Assembly (NCBI GenBank): GCA_016196885.1
Contig: JACPWU010000035.1
Location: forward strand, 1,328-33,327
Direction: 5' to 3'
DNA: 32,000 nucleotides
Source: Chlamydiota bacterium
GTDB lineage: Bacteria; Auribacterota; JACPWU01
Shown: positions 15,636 to 24,765 of the stretch, one piece after another
Layout: each line of letters opens with the position of its first letter
Position numbering within the stretch: position 1 is the first letter of the stretch
The notes under the pieces: generated by a model
Seen by the model: the letters and a program-made list of their open reading frames with translations, nothing else
Databases searched by the model: none
What the model was told of the DNA's origin: nothing
Position numbers and translations under genes: made by a program

Positions 15636-17237
15636 TCAGGCAATACGCATTGGAAGAGGTGAGGCGATTTTTGTCCTCTCTTCACTGCCTATCTCTTTTA
15701 ATTTTTTTGGAATGATTTTCAGCAAATCAGATGCGAGCAATCCACGTTCGATGTTCATTTCCTGAACCGCTTCATCTCCACTGGCCCCATGAAGGTAAAC
15801 CCCCAGCTTAGCTGCTTCCAAGGGATCCATGCGCTGGGCTAGAAATCCACCGATCATCCCCGCTAAAATGTCTCCCATCCCACCCGTGGCCATTGCCCAA
15901 TGACCTGTCACGTTCATCCAAAGGGCTCCGTCTACGGATGCAATCACAGTGCCCGCCCCCTTTAAAACGCAAATGGTATTGCATTCCTTCGCCAGACATT
16001 TTGCACTTTCCCAACGGGAAGATTGAATTTCATTTGTCGAGCAACCCAAAAGACGGCTCATTTCCCCGGGATGGGGAGTGACAATCACAGGGGCCTTTAT
16101 CTTTTTCAGGATAGACATCTCTTTTGAGAGTGCATTCAAACCGTCTGCATCCACCACCACGGGAATTTCCACTTGGGGAAGCAAATGATGGATCAAAGAA
16201 GCCGTTTCTTCATCCAGAGAAAGTCCGGGTCCAATGACAAGGGCCGTGGCCTTCTTGAGAAAATTTAAAATAGAATCAAGCGCCTTCAAGCCTAGAAAGC
16301 CTGGTTTTCCTTCGGGCAAAGGCAAGGTCATCGGCTCTGTTAACTTCATTTCAAAAATGGGATTGAGACTCTGAGGGACTCCCACCGTGACAAGGCCGGC
16401 TCCCACCCGAAGCGCGGAAAGCGCACTGAGGCAGGCGGCCCCTGTAAATCCAGGAGAGCCGCCTAAAATCAAAACATGACCGTAATCCCCCTTATGGGAC
16501 ACCCTCTTTCTCCGCGGAGGAAAATGTAAATCTTGAGGCGTGAGTAAAAAATCCTGCGTTTTCAATTCCTTTAAAATTTCTGGAGAAATGCCCAAATCCA
16601 CCACGTGAAGGGAACCGATATATTCCAAGGCCTCTTGAGTCAAGAGCCCATATTTGGGAAGACCCAAAGTGATCGTGTGATCCGCTCGAACACAAGGCCC
16701 TTCCCTCACGCCTTTGTCGGGATCTAAGCCGGTCGGGATATCCATGGCAATCACAGATGAAAAAGAACTTGAATTAATCCACTCTACTGCTTCTAAAAAA
16801 AGCCCCTCCAAAGGCCCTTTGGATCCCGTGCCCAAAATTCCATCCACTGCGATGGAAGTATCCCCAAGATCCGAGACAGCCTTGAGCAAATCCTCATGCG
16901 ATTTGATCTCTGTCAATGCTGCCCCGCGAGATTTTAATTTCTTGAGCGTTTCCTTTGCAGCGCCTTTGATCTCATCCAAAGGGGCCAAAACAAGCGTTTG
17001 GGTTTTTACTTCGTTTTCTTCCAAAATCCGAGCCGCCACAAAGGCGTCTCCTCCATTTTGACCCTTGCCCGCAAAGAGAACCCCTTTGCGAGGCCAAGAA
17101 TTTTTCTGAAAGAGACTTGAGACGAATTGGGCAACACCCCCTCCCGCCTTTTCCATCAGACTCAAGGCGCTCTCCCCCCCTTCACGCGTCATGCGCTCGT
17201 CTATGGATCTCATCTGAGAGGAGGTGACGATTTTCAT
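15636..17237 (-). CDS. nnr: Bifunctional NAD(P)H-hydrate repair enzyme (epimerase + ADP-dependent dehydratase)
   Basis: 533 aa. The YjeF-N part shows FAGKGQNGGDAFVAARIL. The C-terminal carbohydrate-kinase part shows GDYGHVLILGGSPGFTGAACLSALSALRVGAGLVT...VIGPGL...TPHPGE...KGAGTVIA...GGMGDILAG. It shares an ATGA overlap with acpS. Confidence 0.9.
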   Translation of the reverse strand: MKIVTSSQMRSIDERMTREGGESALSLMEKAGGGVAQFVSSLFQKNSWPRKGVLFAGKGQNGGDAFVAARILEENEVKTQTLVLAPLDEIKGAAKETLKKLKSRGAALTEIKSHEDLLKAVSDLGDTSIAVDGILGTGSKGPLEGLFLEAVEWINSSSFSSVIAMDIPTGLDPDKGVREGPCVRADHTITLGLPKYGLLTQEALEYIGSLHVVDLGISPEILKELKTQDFLLTPQDLHFPPRRKRVSHKGDYGHVLILGGSPGFTGAACLSALSALRVGAGLVTVGVPQSLNPIFEMKLTEPMTLPLPEGKPGFLGLKALDSILNFLKKATALVIGPGLSLDEETASLIHHLLPQVEIPVVVDADGLNALSKEMSILKKIKAPVIVTPHPGEMSRLLGCSTNEIQSSRWESAKCLAKECNTICVLKGAGTVIASVDGALWMNVTGHWAMATGGMGDILAGMIGGFLAQRMDPLEAAKLGVYLHGASGDEAVQEMNIERGLLASDLLKIIPKKLKEIGSEERTKIASPLPMRIA

Positions 17238-17626
17238 ACAGATCTCTTTTTCATTTGTCCCAGCACCATCACCTCTGCAGCCGCATGATGATCAGAATGA
17301 GAAAGGCTGGCCTTTATGTCTTCGATCAACCAATTTCTCTTTTTAGAAAGTAGGTGCGGACTTAAAGAAATTTTAGGATGTCCAGAGTCGTGAGAAAGAA
17401 CTTCAATCTTCTTCATCTCGCCTCTTCCCCTCAGATCCAATGCCCTAAAAACCGCTTTTTTACAGGCCAAGCGAGCACTGTAATGAGGAATGGGATTGCG
17501 CTTCTTCTTGCAATAATTTCTTTCACGAAGTGTAAAATTCTCCGAGAAAAACTTTTTGTTCCGCTCCACCTCCAGGGTCCACCGACGCTGATCAACAATT
17601 TCTAACCCCACTCCTAAGATTTCCAT
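17234..17626 (-). CDS. acpS: Holo-[acyl-carrier-protein] synthase
   Basis: 130 aa. GVGLEIVD...FTLRERNYC...HYSARLACKKAVFRAL...IEVL...GHPKISL...ASLSHSDHHAAAEVMV matches the AcpS 4'-phosphopantetheinyl transferase pattern. Confidence 0.85.
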   Translation of the reverse strand: MEILGVGLEIVDQRRWTLEVERNKKFFSENFTLRERNYCKKKRNPIPHYSARLACKKAVFRALDLRGRGEMKKIEVLSHDSGHPKISLSPHLLSKKRNWLIEDIKASLSHSDHHAAAEVMVLGQMKKRSV

Positions 17627-17628
17627 GT

Positions 17629-18357
17629 TTAATCCGAATCCTTGCCTTTCATCAAGGCCAACATCTCTTTCACAGCCCTTTCCAAACCGACAAAAATGGC
17701 TCGGGAGACGATGGCGTGACCAATGTTCACTTCTTCCAAATAAGGCATTTTCAAAATCGGCAGAATGTTTAAATAATGAAGCCCATGCCCCGCATGAACG
17801 ACTAAACCATATTGATGGGCCAATTGCGCCGATCGAAAAAGAAGTTTCAAAGCTTCCTCTTGTTTTTTGGGGGTGGCCGCGTTTGCATAATTTCCGGTGT
17901 GAAATTCTACAAATTGGGCACCGGCCTCCTGAGAGACCTCCACTTGATGAAGATTTGGCTCAATAAAAAGACCCGCAGCAATACCGACTGCCTGAAGTTT
18001 CTTTAAAGTGGTTTGGAGAGAATTTTTGTGACGCTCCACATCCAATCCCCCTTCCGTGGTCAGTTCCTCTCTTTTTTCAGGAACCAAGGTCACCTGATCC
18101 GGCTTGATCTGAAGGGCGATTTTGAGAATGGAAGGAATAGAAGCCATTTCTAGATTCAATCTAGACCGAACCGTTTTTTTTAAAATTTCTAGATCCCTGT
18201 CCTGAATATGCCGTCTGTCTTCCCTCAAATGAACGGTGATGTTGTGCGCCCCAGAGAGTTCACACACCGCCGCAGCCCAGACAGGATCTGGTTCACGCGC
18301 CTCCCGCACCTGACGTAAAGTTGAAACGTGATCGATGTTGACACCGAGATGGATCAT
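17629..18357 (-). CDS. pdxJ: Pyridoxine 5'-phosphate synthase
   Basis: 242 aa. LGVNIDHVSTLRQVR..REPDPVWAA...GAHNITVHLREDRRHIQDRD...NLEMA...VTLVPE...ELTTEGGLDV...FHTG.YA...HAGHGL.Y.N are PdxJ hallmarks. Confidence 0.92.
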   Translation of the reverse strand: MIHLGVNIDHVSTLRQVREAREPDPVWAAAVCELSGAHNITVHLREDRRHIQDRDLEILKKTVRSRLNLEMASIPSILKIALQIKPDQVTLVPEKREELTTEGGLDVERHKNSLQTTLKKLQAVGIAAGLFIEPNLHQVEVSQEAGAQFVEFHTGNYANAATPKKQEEALKLLFRSAQLAHQYGLVVHAGHGLHYLNILPILKMPYLEEVNIGHAIVSRAIFVGLERAVKEMLALMKGKDSD

Positions 18358-18364
18358 AAAAGCC

Positions 18365-18400
18365 GTCGTGAGTTGTGAGTGGTGAGTTAAAATCCACGAC
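18365..18400. repeat. Heptad hairpin H2 (short), glmM-pdxJ spacer
   Basis: TCGTGAG TTGTGAG TGGTGAG lies at 18366-18386. The stem is GTCGTG (18365-18370) paired with CACGAC (18395-18400). Confidence 0.55.
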
Positions 18401-18413
18401 CATCAATCAATGA

Positions 18414-19769
18414 CTATTTCTCGCCCAATTCCTGCTCAATTGCACCCGCAATATCCTGGGCAAGCTTCTGAATTTTATCAGCATCCTCCCCCTCCACCAT
18501 TACGCGGGCAATGGGTTCGGTTCCAGAATAACGTACCACGGTTCTTCCGCCATCGCCCAAAACCTCGCGGGCTGAAAGAATGGCCTTTTGAACCGCCGGG
18601 ATGTTCTCCAAATTTTTCTTGTCTCGCACGCGAATATTCACAAGCGCTTGAGGAAATCTCTCCAGAATTTTTTTCAAGGAAGACAATTTCTTTTTGGATT
18701 CCACCATGATTCTTAAAACCTGTAAAGCCGTGATGAGACCGTCCCCCGTCGTTGTAAAATCCCTAAAAATAATATGGCCTGATTGCTCCCCACCCAAAGA
18801 GGTATCTTGCTTTAACATCTCTTCAATGACATAGCGATCCCCCACTTGGGTACGGATCATCTCACCCCCCAAAGAGCGAATCAATTTATCCAAGCCGAAA
18901 TTGCTCATCACGGTCGAAATGAGAAGTTTCTTACGATGGGAATCCTTAAAAAGATCCTCGGCGCAAATGGCCATGAGGTCATCCCCATCCACTGCCTCTC
19001 CCTTGTCATCGGAGAAAATGACACGGTCGGCGTCCCCATCCAAGGCAATCCCGACATCCGCAGCCTGAAGAATGACTCCATCTTGCATGTTCTTAGGATA
19101 AAGGGCCCCACAATTTTCGTTGATATTGGTCCCATTGGGCTGATTGCCATAGACGAACACCCGAGCCCCGAGTTCGCGAAACACCAGGGGGGCAGCCTTG
19201 TAGGCCGCGCCATGCGCACAGTCCAAAACAATTTTTAATCCATCCAGTGTCATCCCCTTCGGAAAAGAATTTTTCACAAACTCCACATAGCGGCCCAGGG
19301 CATCATCAATGCGAAACGCCTTTCCGACATCATGGGCCGTGGGGCGAATATGGGCAATGGTCCCTTCTCGAACCAACTGCTCAATTTCTTTCTCCAATTG
19401 CTCCGGTAATTTTAAACCCTCCTTGGAAAAAAATTTAATTCCATTGTCTTCAAAGGGATTATGACTCGCAGAAATCACAATCCCTGCATCGGCCCGAAGA
19501 CTCCGCGTCATGAAGGCAACACCCGGAGTCGGAAGAGGACCCAAGAGTAATACATCTACCCCCATCGAACAAATCCCAGCAGCCAGGGCGCTTTCAAACA
19601 TGTATCCAGAAAGCCGCGTATCCTTCCCGATCACAATGCTGTGGCGGCGGTGGTTCCTCCTAAAAACATAAGCGGCCGCCCGACCCAGCTGTAATGCGAC
19701 TTCTACGGTCATGGGCTCCGTATTGGCAACACCGCGAATGCCATCTGTGCCGAAAAGTTTTAGACTCAT
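18414..19769 (-). CDS. glmM: Phosphoglucosamine mutase
   Basis: 451 aa. [12 protein letters not shown], the active-site loop [16 protein letters not shown], and ALDGDADRV and GGEQSGH motifs are present. Confidence 0.95.
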   Translation of the reverse strand: MSLKLFGTDGIRGVANTEPMTVEVALQLGRAAAYVFRRNHRRHSIVIGKDTRLSGYMFESALAAGICSMGVDVLLLGPLPTPGVAFMTRSLRADAGIVISASHNPFEDNGIKFFSKEGLKLPEQLEKEIEQLVREGTIAHIRPTAHDVGKAFRIDDALGRYVEFVKNSFPKGMTLDGLKIVLDCAHGAAYKAAPLVFRELGARVFVYGNQPNGTNINENCGALYPKNMQDGVILQAADVGIALDGDADRVIFSDDKGEAVDGDDLMAICAEDLFKDSHRKKLLISTVMSNFGLDKLIRSLGGEMIRTQVGDRYVIEEMLKQDTSLGGEQSGHIIFRDFTTTGDGLITALQVLRIMVESKKKLSSLKKILERFPQALVNIRVRDKKNLENIPAVQKAILSAREVLGDGGRTVVRYSGTEPIARVMVEGEDADKIQKLAQDIAGAIEQELGEK

Positions 19770-19787
19770 GATAAAACCCCCCGAAAA

Positions 19788-19868
19788 TAGTCCACAGTCA
19801 ACAGTCGATAGTCCATGGTTTTAAAGAAATGATTGATTTCTATGGACTATGGACCGTGGACTATGGAC
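19788..19868. repeat. Heptad hairpin H3, cdaR-glmM spacer
   Basis: The left arm is TAGTCCA CAGTCAA CAGTCGA TAGTCCA (19788-19815). The loop is 19816-19840. The right arm is TATGGAC TATGGAC CGTGGAC TATGGAC (19841-19868). About 25 of 30 arm positions pair in my hand alignment. A T5 run lies at 19872-19876. Confidence 0.85.
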
Positions 19869-19881
19869 TCCTTTTTATCTT

Positions 19882-20820
19882 CTAAGACACCAACTCCTCT
19901 GAAATCTCTACCTCCACCACGCGGGGATTAGATTCAACCACATTCAACCCTCTCACGGGTAAAACATTCACAGGCAATTGATATTTCCCTGGTTTTAAAT
20001 CCATCACATCCACATAGGCCTTTAAATCGGAGGCGTGCATTTTCTCTAAGATATCCGAAGATCCTTCCAATGTAACCTCGATCTCGTCTTTCACAAAACG
20101 CACCGGGACCCTGGCCTTAGGCCCTTCCAAAAGAGAAAGTGTCACACCCCCCAAAGTTCTCTTCGCCAGATCAGGTTCAATCCGTGTGTACACATCTACA
20201 TGCTGCAACTCGACCCGGGGATCATCGCTCAAAAGGGGTTTCAACGCAATGCCCTGAACAAAAGAGCGGGTCCTCCCCGTTAAAAGAATGGGAAGCGTTT
20301 CGATCTCCATCAATTTTTCCAATCGCTGTTTAGGCCCTATCACTTTCACCACCGTTGGATTGGCCACAAAATCCTTTACACGAAATCCACGCTCGGGTTT
20401 CCCAACAAAATGAGCCTTCACGGGGAGTTCCTTCTCAATCAAGAAATCCAAGGTGACGCTCAAACGATTGGGGTAAATATCTAAAATTTGGATTCTTGGC
20501 GAAAGTTTAAAATCCTCAGGAGATAGATCAAATTGAACTACGCCCGGTTTTTCAATCCCTTTCAAGTCGTGCTTCACCCGAATCGAATTTTCGACCATGT
20601 CCCGCATCGCCTCCTGAGGACCCGACACAGTCACCCTCAACGCATCCACATCTTTTTGAGTCACCACCATAGAAGACGCCACCTCCAACTCATACGGCAC
20701 ATCATGAAAGACACGCTTGGTCGTGATTTCCCCTTGCACCATGATCCAGACAATAAAGGCGAGAACGAGAGAGGAAATCTTCACCCCCAAATTTCCGGTG
20801 AGCCAACTACGAAAGGGCAT
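19882..20820 (-). CDS. cdaR: YbbR-domain protein, CdaA regulator CdaR
   Basis: The position between cdaA and glmM supports the call. The N-terminal TM helix is KISSLVLAFIVWIMV, followed by repeated YbbR-like beta modules. The ORF track start (TTG at 20871) overlaps cdaA by 65 nt. The ATG at 20820 (MPFRSWLTGNLG...) fits homolog N-termini better. Confidence 0.7.
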   Translation of the reverse strand: MPFRSWLTGNLGVKISSLVLAFIVWIMVQGEITTKRVFHDVPYELEVASSMVVTQKDVDALRVTVSGPQEAMRDMVENSIRVKHDLKGIEKPGVVQFDLSPEDFKLSPRIQILDIYPNRLSVTLDFLIEKELPVKAHFVGKPERGFRVKDFVANPTVVKVIGPKQRLEKLMEIETLPILLTGRTRSFVQGIALKPLLSDDPRVELQHVDVYTRIEPDLAKRTLGGVTLSLLEGPKARVPVRFVKDEIEVTLEGSSDILEKMHASDLKAYVDVMDLKPGKYQLPVNVLPVRGLNVVESNPRVVEVEISEELVS

Positions 20821-21616
20821 GAGGGTGCCTCCCTCGGGAATGAAACCAATTCTTTCTTTGCCCATCCCCAATCAAACGATCTCTCATCATTTTTTTCAAC
20901 TCCTCCTGTTCTAAACTTCCCACGAGCTTTCCATCCATGGCCACAGAGATTTTACCTGTCTCTTCAGAGACCACAATCACCACCGCGTCTGTTTCTTCCG
21001 AAAGTCCAATCGCCGCCCGATGCCGCGTCCCCATGGACTTTTGAATGTGGGGCTGTTGCGTCAAAGGAAAAAGACAAGCTGCAGCCGCAATATGATCTCC
21101 CTCAATCACCACTCCCCCATCATGAAGCGGCGTCTTCGGATAAAAAAGGGTCATGAGAAGCTCCGTCGAAACAGCCGAATCCACCTTCACGCCACTTTCA
21201 ATGTAATTCTTCAAACCCACCTCATCCTCTATTGCAATCAAAGCCCCGATTCTCTTCTTGGAAAGAATATGGCAGGCCTCCGCAATCATGTCGAGAATCG
21301 CTGCGCTCCGGCCCAGGCTGGGGAGGAGCGGATTTCCCCCCAGGCTGGCCAACACCCTCCTCAATTCAGGTTGAAAAAGAATGATCAGGGCAATCACCGC
21401 AACCGGGAACACTTTACCCAAAATCCAATTGACAGTTTCTAACTTCAAGCGCTGGGCCAGAAAAAAAATCACGAGGAGGATCACCAGGCCCTTCAACACC
21501 TGAACGGCCCTTGTCCCCCGGATATACCCAAAAAGAAAATAGAAGAAAATCGCGAGCACCGCGATTTCTAAAATCGGCCTCCAGATCAGTGTGAGAGAAT
21601 TTAAGAAATGCATCAT
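20807..21616 (-). CDS. cdaA: Diadenylate cyclase CdaA (DisA_N/DAC domain, three N-terminal TM helices)
   Basis: GALIAIE...LHDGGVVIEGDHIAAAACLFPLT...MGTRHRAAIGLSEETDAVVIVVSEETGKISVA contains the DAC-domain DGA/RHR motifs. Confidence 0.9.
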   Translation of the reverse strand: MMHFLNSLTLIWRPILEIAVLAIFFYFLFGYIRGTRAVQVLKGLVILLVIFFLAQRLKLETVNWILGKVFPVAVIALIILFQPELRRVLASLGGNPLLPSLGRSAAILDMIAEACHILSKKRIGALIAIEDEVGLKNYIESGVKVDSAVSTELLMTLFYPKTPLHDGGVVIEGDHIAAAACLFPLTQQPHIQKSMGTRHRAAIGLSEETDAVVIVVSEETGKISVAMDGKLVGSLEQEELKKMMRDRLIGDGQRKNWFHSRGRHPHALS

Positions 21617-21676
21617 GAACTCCTAAATCAAAAATCAAAGATCAAAAATCAAAACTAAGGAAGAATATTAATTTTA

Positions 21677-21694
21677 ATGATCTTTCGAGATCAT
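21677..21694 (-). terminator. Candidate small hairpin (attenuator/terminator) downstream of folP
   Basis: ATGATCT-TTCG-AGATCAT forms a perfect 7-bp stem. On the minus strand it is followed by the A/U-rich stretch TAAAATTAATATTCTT. The stem is weak for a canonical intrinsic terminator (low GC). Confidence 0.3.
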
Positions 21695-21730
21695 CGTGTG
21701 CGATGAAAGTTCTCCCCATCATGCTTTTTT

Positions 21731-21800
21731 TGTAGTCGCCCGATTCATCGGGCAATCCATGCAAGGGGCACACGGCAGCCCCATAAATGGGGCGACTACA
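21731..21800. repeat. REP/MITE-like composite palindromic element, copy C
   Basis: TGTAGTCGCC-CGATTCATCGGGC-aatccatgcaaggggcacacggca-GCCCCATAAATGGGGCGACTACA. It has perfect 10-bp terminal inverted repeats (21731-21740 / 21791-21800). Confidence 0.85.
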
Positions 21801-21837
21801 GAATGAGCTTCACTTTCATAGCAATAAATACAACTCC

Positions 21838-22731
21838 TTAATTTTGCATTTTGATTTTTGGATTTTGATATTTTTCAATCTCCTCTAACATCTTTAAAAC
21901 ATCTTTCGTGGCTTGAACATCATGAACCCGTATGATAGAAGCTCCGTGATAATAGGAAGCCGCAACACAGCCTAGACTTCCCGCAAGACGTTCTTCCACG
22001 GGGCGATTTAAAACAGTGCCGACAAAAGATTTTCGAGAGACCCCGATGACCAGAGGTGCTATTTCCTTAAAAGATTCTAGATTTTTCAAAAGTTCCAGAT
22101 TCTGCTGGGCATTTTTTCCAAAACCTATTCCCGGATCAATCACCACTTGTTCAGGGTCAAGCCTATTTTCCGAAGCGAAATGAAGTCTCTCGCGAAAAAA
22201 TTCATGAAGTTCATCGAGGAGTGAATCATAATACGTATTCTCCTGCATGGTTTGAGGGACGCCTCGCATGTGCATCAAGACAAGGCCCGCTTGAAAGTCA
22301 CGGATGACAGAAATCATTTCCGGATCTCTCAAACCCGAAACATCATTGACAATGCTGGCACCCGCATCCATGGCCATGCGAGCCACCGAAGATTGACAGG
22401 TATCCACAGAAATGGGGATGGAAAGACGAGAACTTAAAACGGAAAGGACAGGTAAAATTCTTTCAGCTTCTTCCTGCCCATCCAGAGCTACCGAACCCGG
22501 CCGGGTGGACATGCCACCCATGTCCAACACATCAGCTCCCTCTTGAGCCAGCCGAAGACCGTGTTCTACCGCCCTCTCAAAGGTAAAATGCCTTCCTCCA
22601 TCATAAAACGAATCCGGCGTAACATTGAGAATCCCCATGACCAGAGGTTTTTGGAGTGAAAGGCTTCGCCCTTTGATTTTCCAAAATACATTCTTATTGT
22701 CATGAAGCAGTTCCAACATTCGTATTTCCAT
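21838..22731 (-). CDS. folP: Dihydropteroate synthase
   Basis: [42 protein letters not shown] and RVHDV motifs are present. The start is either the ATG at 22731 or the one at 22719. Both overlap the ftsH stop at 22700-22702. Confidence 0.92.
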   Translation of the reverse strand: MEIRMLELLHDNKNVFWKIKGRSLSLQKPLVMGILNVTPDSFYDGGRHFTFERAVEHGLRLAQEGADVLDMGGMSTRPGSVALDGQEEAERILPVLSVLSSRLSIPISVDTCQSSVARMAMDAGASIVNDVSGLRDPEMISVIRDFQAGLVLMHMRGVPQTMQENTYYDSLLDELHEFFRERLHFASENRLDPEQVVIDPGIGFGKNAQQNLELLKNLESFKEIAPLVIGVSRKSFVGTVLNRPVEERLAGSLGCVAASYYHGASIIRVHDVQATKDVLKMLEEIEKYQNPKIKMQN

Positions 22732-24634
22732 TGAATTCCTCCGGACTCCTTCTTTTGAGAAGGCGCCCGTACGGATTGATCGAGGGTGTCACTTGGGGAA
22801 CCACCTTACCGTCAATAATGGCTTCTACCTCCTTACCCTCCATCACTTCTTTCTTGAGCAGGGTTTCGGCAAGGGCGATCAACTTGTCCTTATTTTCCAA
22901 AATCAATTTTCTAGCCCGTTGATAACTCTCATCAATGATCCGCCTCACCTCTTTATCAATGTCAATCGCCGTAGACTCTGAATAATCCACCGATCGAGTA
23001 ATCTCACGCCCCAGAAAGATATGTTCTTCTCTTTCCCCAAAAGTCATGGGCCCCAGTTTCTCGCTCATGCCCCATTCGCAGACCATTTTTCGGGCCAAAT
23101 TCGTCGCATTTTTAATGTCATTGGCGGCCCCAGAACTGATTTCCCCAAACATGACTTCCTCTGCAACACGGCCTCCCATCATGCCCGCAATCTGACCCAA
23201 AAGCTCTTTCCTGGACTCTGTGTACCGATCCTGCTCAGGAAGCTGCATGGTGGCCCCCAGATAGGCCATGCCACGAGGAATGATCGTGACCTTATGCAAT
23301 GGCTCGGTCTCTGGCAAAAGATGTAGCACCAAGGCATGCCCCGACTCATGATAAGCCGTGATTCGGCGATCCTCTTCTGAAATGGTGCGGCTTCTTCGCT
23401 CACGGCCCCAGCGCACTTTATCACGGGCCTCTTCCAATTCCTCAAGCCCAATAGATTTCTTATCGTTGCGAGCTGCCAAAAGCGCAGCTTCATTCACCAA
23501 ATTAGCCAAATCCGCTCCCGAAAATCCGGGTGTTCCCCGAGCCACGACTGAAAGATCTACATCTTTCGTCAACATGACTTTCTGTGTATGCACTTTCAAA
23601 ATGCCCAGTCGGCCCTGCAAATCCGGTAAATCCACCACCACCTGACGGTCAAATCGCCCGGGCCTCAAAAGCGCAGGATCCAAAACATCCGGCCGATTGG
23701 TCGCCGCCATGATAATCACACCTTCTTGCGTATTAAAGCCATCCATCTCGACCAGAAGCGCATTTAAAGTTTGCTCCCGCTCATCATGACCTCCACCAAT
23801 CCCGGCCCCGCGGTGGCGGCCCACCGCATCAATCTCATCAATAAAAATAATACAAGGGGCATGCTTTTTCCCCTGCTCAAAAAGATCTCGGACCCGGCTT
23901 GCCCCCACGCCCACAAACATCTCTACAAAATCGGAACCACTGATCGTGAAAAAAGGGACATCTGCCTCTCCTGCCACAGACTTGGCCAATAAAGTCTTTC
24001 CGGACCCCGGTGGACCCATTAATAAAACGCCCTTGGGGATGCGCCCGCCTAATTTTTGAAATTTCTTAGGGTCTTTTAAAAACTCAATAATCTCCTGAAG
24101 CTCTTCCTTGGCCTCATCCACGCCGGCCACATCCTTAAAGGTGACCTTGTCACGCTCTTTGGTGAGAAGCCTCGCACGCGACTTTCCAAAACTTAAGGCA
24201 CCCGTGCCCACCCCCTTCACCTGACGATACACAAAGAACCACAAGAAGCCGATAAAAAGAAGCATGGGCGCCAAAGAAAAAAGGAGATTGGTCCATATAT
24301 TTGTCTCCGGCTGAATCATAAAATCGCGCACATTTTTTCTCAAAACCGCGATCAAGGCGGGATCCTGAGGAGGAATGTTTAAGATAAATCTCTGCCCGTC
24401 CGTATATTCTCCCCGAACGATCTCACCCATCAATTCGGCTTTTTGAACATCGCCATTTTTGACGGACTCATAGAACTGGCTGTAACTGGGGTGGCGAACC
24501 CCTCGGCGAGCAATGTTATTAATTTGAAAGAGATAAAGGAGACCAATCCCCACCAAAAGCCAAATCACCACGGGTTTAAGAGGGCGTCTATCCATAAAGT
24601 CTTTTGAAAAACCTTTCTTTTTCTTGGGTACCAT
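22700..24634 (-). CDS. ftsH: ATP-dependent zinc metalloprotease FtsH
   Basis: 644 aa with two TM helices. Walker A is GPPGSGKT and Walker B is IIFIDEIDA. The SRH is [19 protein letters not shown] and the HEsGH zinc site is AYHESGHAL. Confidence 0.97.
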   Translation of the reverse strand: MVPKKKKGFSKDFMDRRPLKPVVIWLLVGIGLLYLFQINNIARRGVRHPSYSQFYESVKNGDVQKAELMGEIVRGEYTDGQRFILNIPPQDPALIAVLRKNVRDFMIQPETNIWTNLLFSLAPMLLFIGFLWFFVYRQVKGVGTGALSFGKSRARLLTKERDKVTFKDVAGVDEAKEELQEIIEFLKDPKKFQKLGGRIPKGVLLMGPPGSGKTLLAKSVAGEADVPFFTISGSDFVEMFVGVGASRVRDLFEQGKKHAPCIIFIDEIDAVGRHRGAGIGGGHDEREQTLNALLVEMDGFNTQEGVIIMAATNRPDVLDPALLRPGRFDRQVVVDLPDLQGRLGILKVHTQKVMLTKDVDLSVVARGTPGFSGADLANLVNEAALLAARNDKKSIGLEELEEARDKVRWGRERRSRTISEEDRRITAYHESGHALVLHLLPETEPLHKVTIIPRGMAYLGATMQLPEQDRYTESRKELLGQIAGMMGGRVAEEVMFGEISSGAANDIKNATNLARKMVCEWGMSEKLGPMTFGEREEHIFLGREITRSVDYSESTAIDIDKEVRRIIDESYQRARKLILENKDKLIALAETLLKKEVMEGKEVEAIIDGKVVPQVTPSINPYGRLLKRRSPEEFNGNTNVGTAS

Positions 24635-24688
24635 ATCAATCCCTTAACCTTTCTTTTGTAGCATAAATAAGGGTTCCCTGGCAATAGT

Positions 24689-24762
24689 TAGTCCACAGTC
24701 GATGGGATAGTCCATGGACAAAAACAGGATACCCTATGGACCATGGACTGTGAACTATGGAC
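24689..24762. repeat. Heptad hairpin H4, recR-ftsH spacer (same unit as H3)
   Basis: The left arm is TAGTCCA CAGTCGA (tggga) TAGTCCA (24689-24714). It ends in the perfect palindrome GTCCATGGAC (24710-24719). The right arm is TATGGAC CATGGAC TGTGAAC TATGGAC (24735-24762). A T5 run lies at 24763-24767. Confidence 0.85.
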
Positions 24763-24765
24763 TTT

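Larger units (their letters stand above)
21627..21869. repeat. Heptad hairpin H6 with arms split by a 187-bp insert that contains REP copy C
   Basis: The left arm is ATCAAAA ATCAAAG ATCAAAA ATCAAAA (21627-21654). The right arm is TTTTGCA TTTTGAT TTTTGGA TTTTGAT (21842-21869). The right arm encodes the last codons and the stop of folP. Confidence 0.7.

Noticed and set aside
20533-21442. 207-aa and 140-aa plus-strand ORFs overlapping cdaR/cdaA
   Set aside because: They are antisense to two strongly motif-supported genes (DAC domain, YbbR). Their composition is H/R/P-rich junk.
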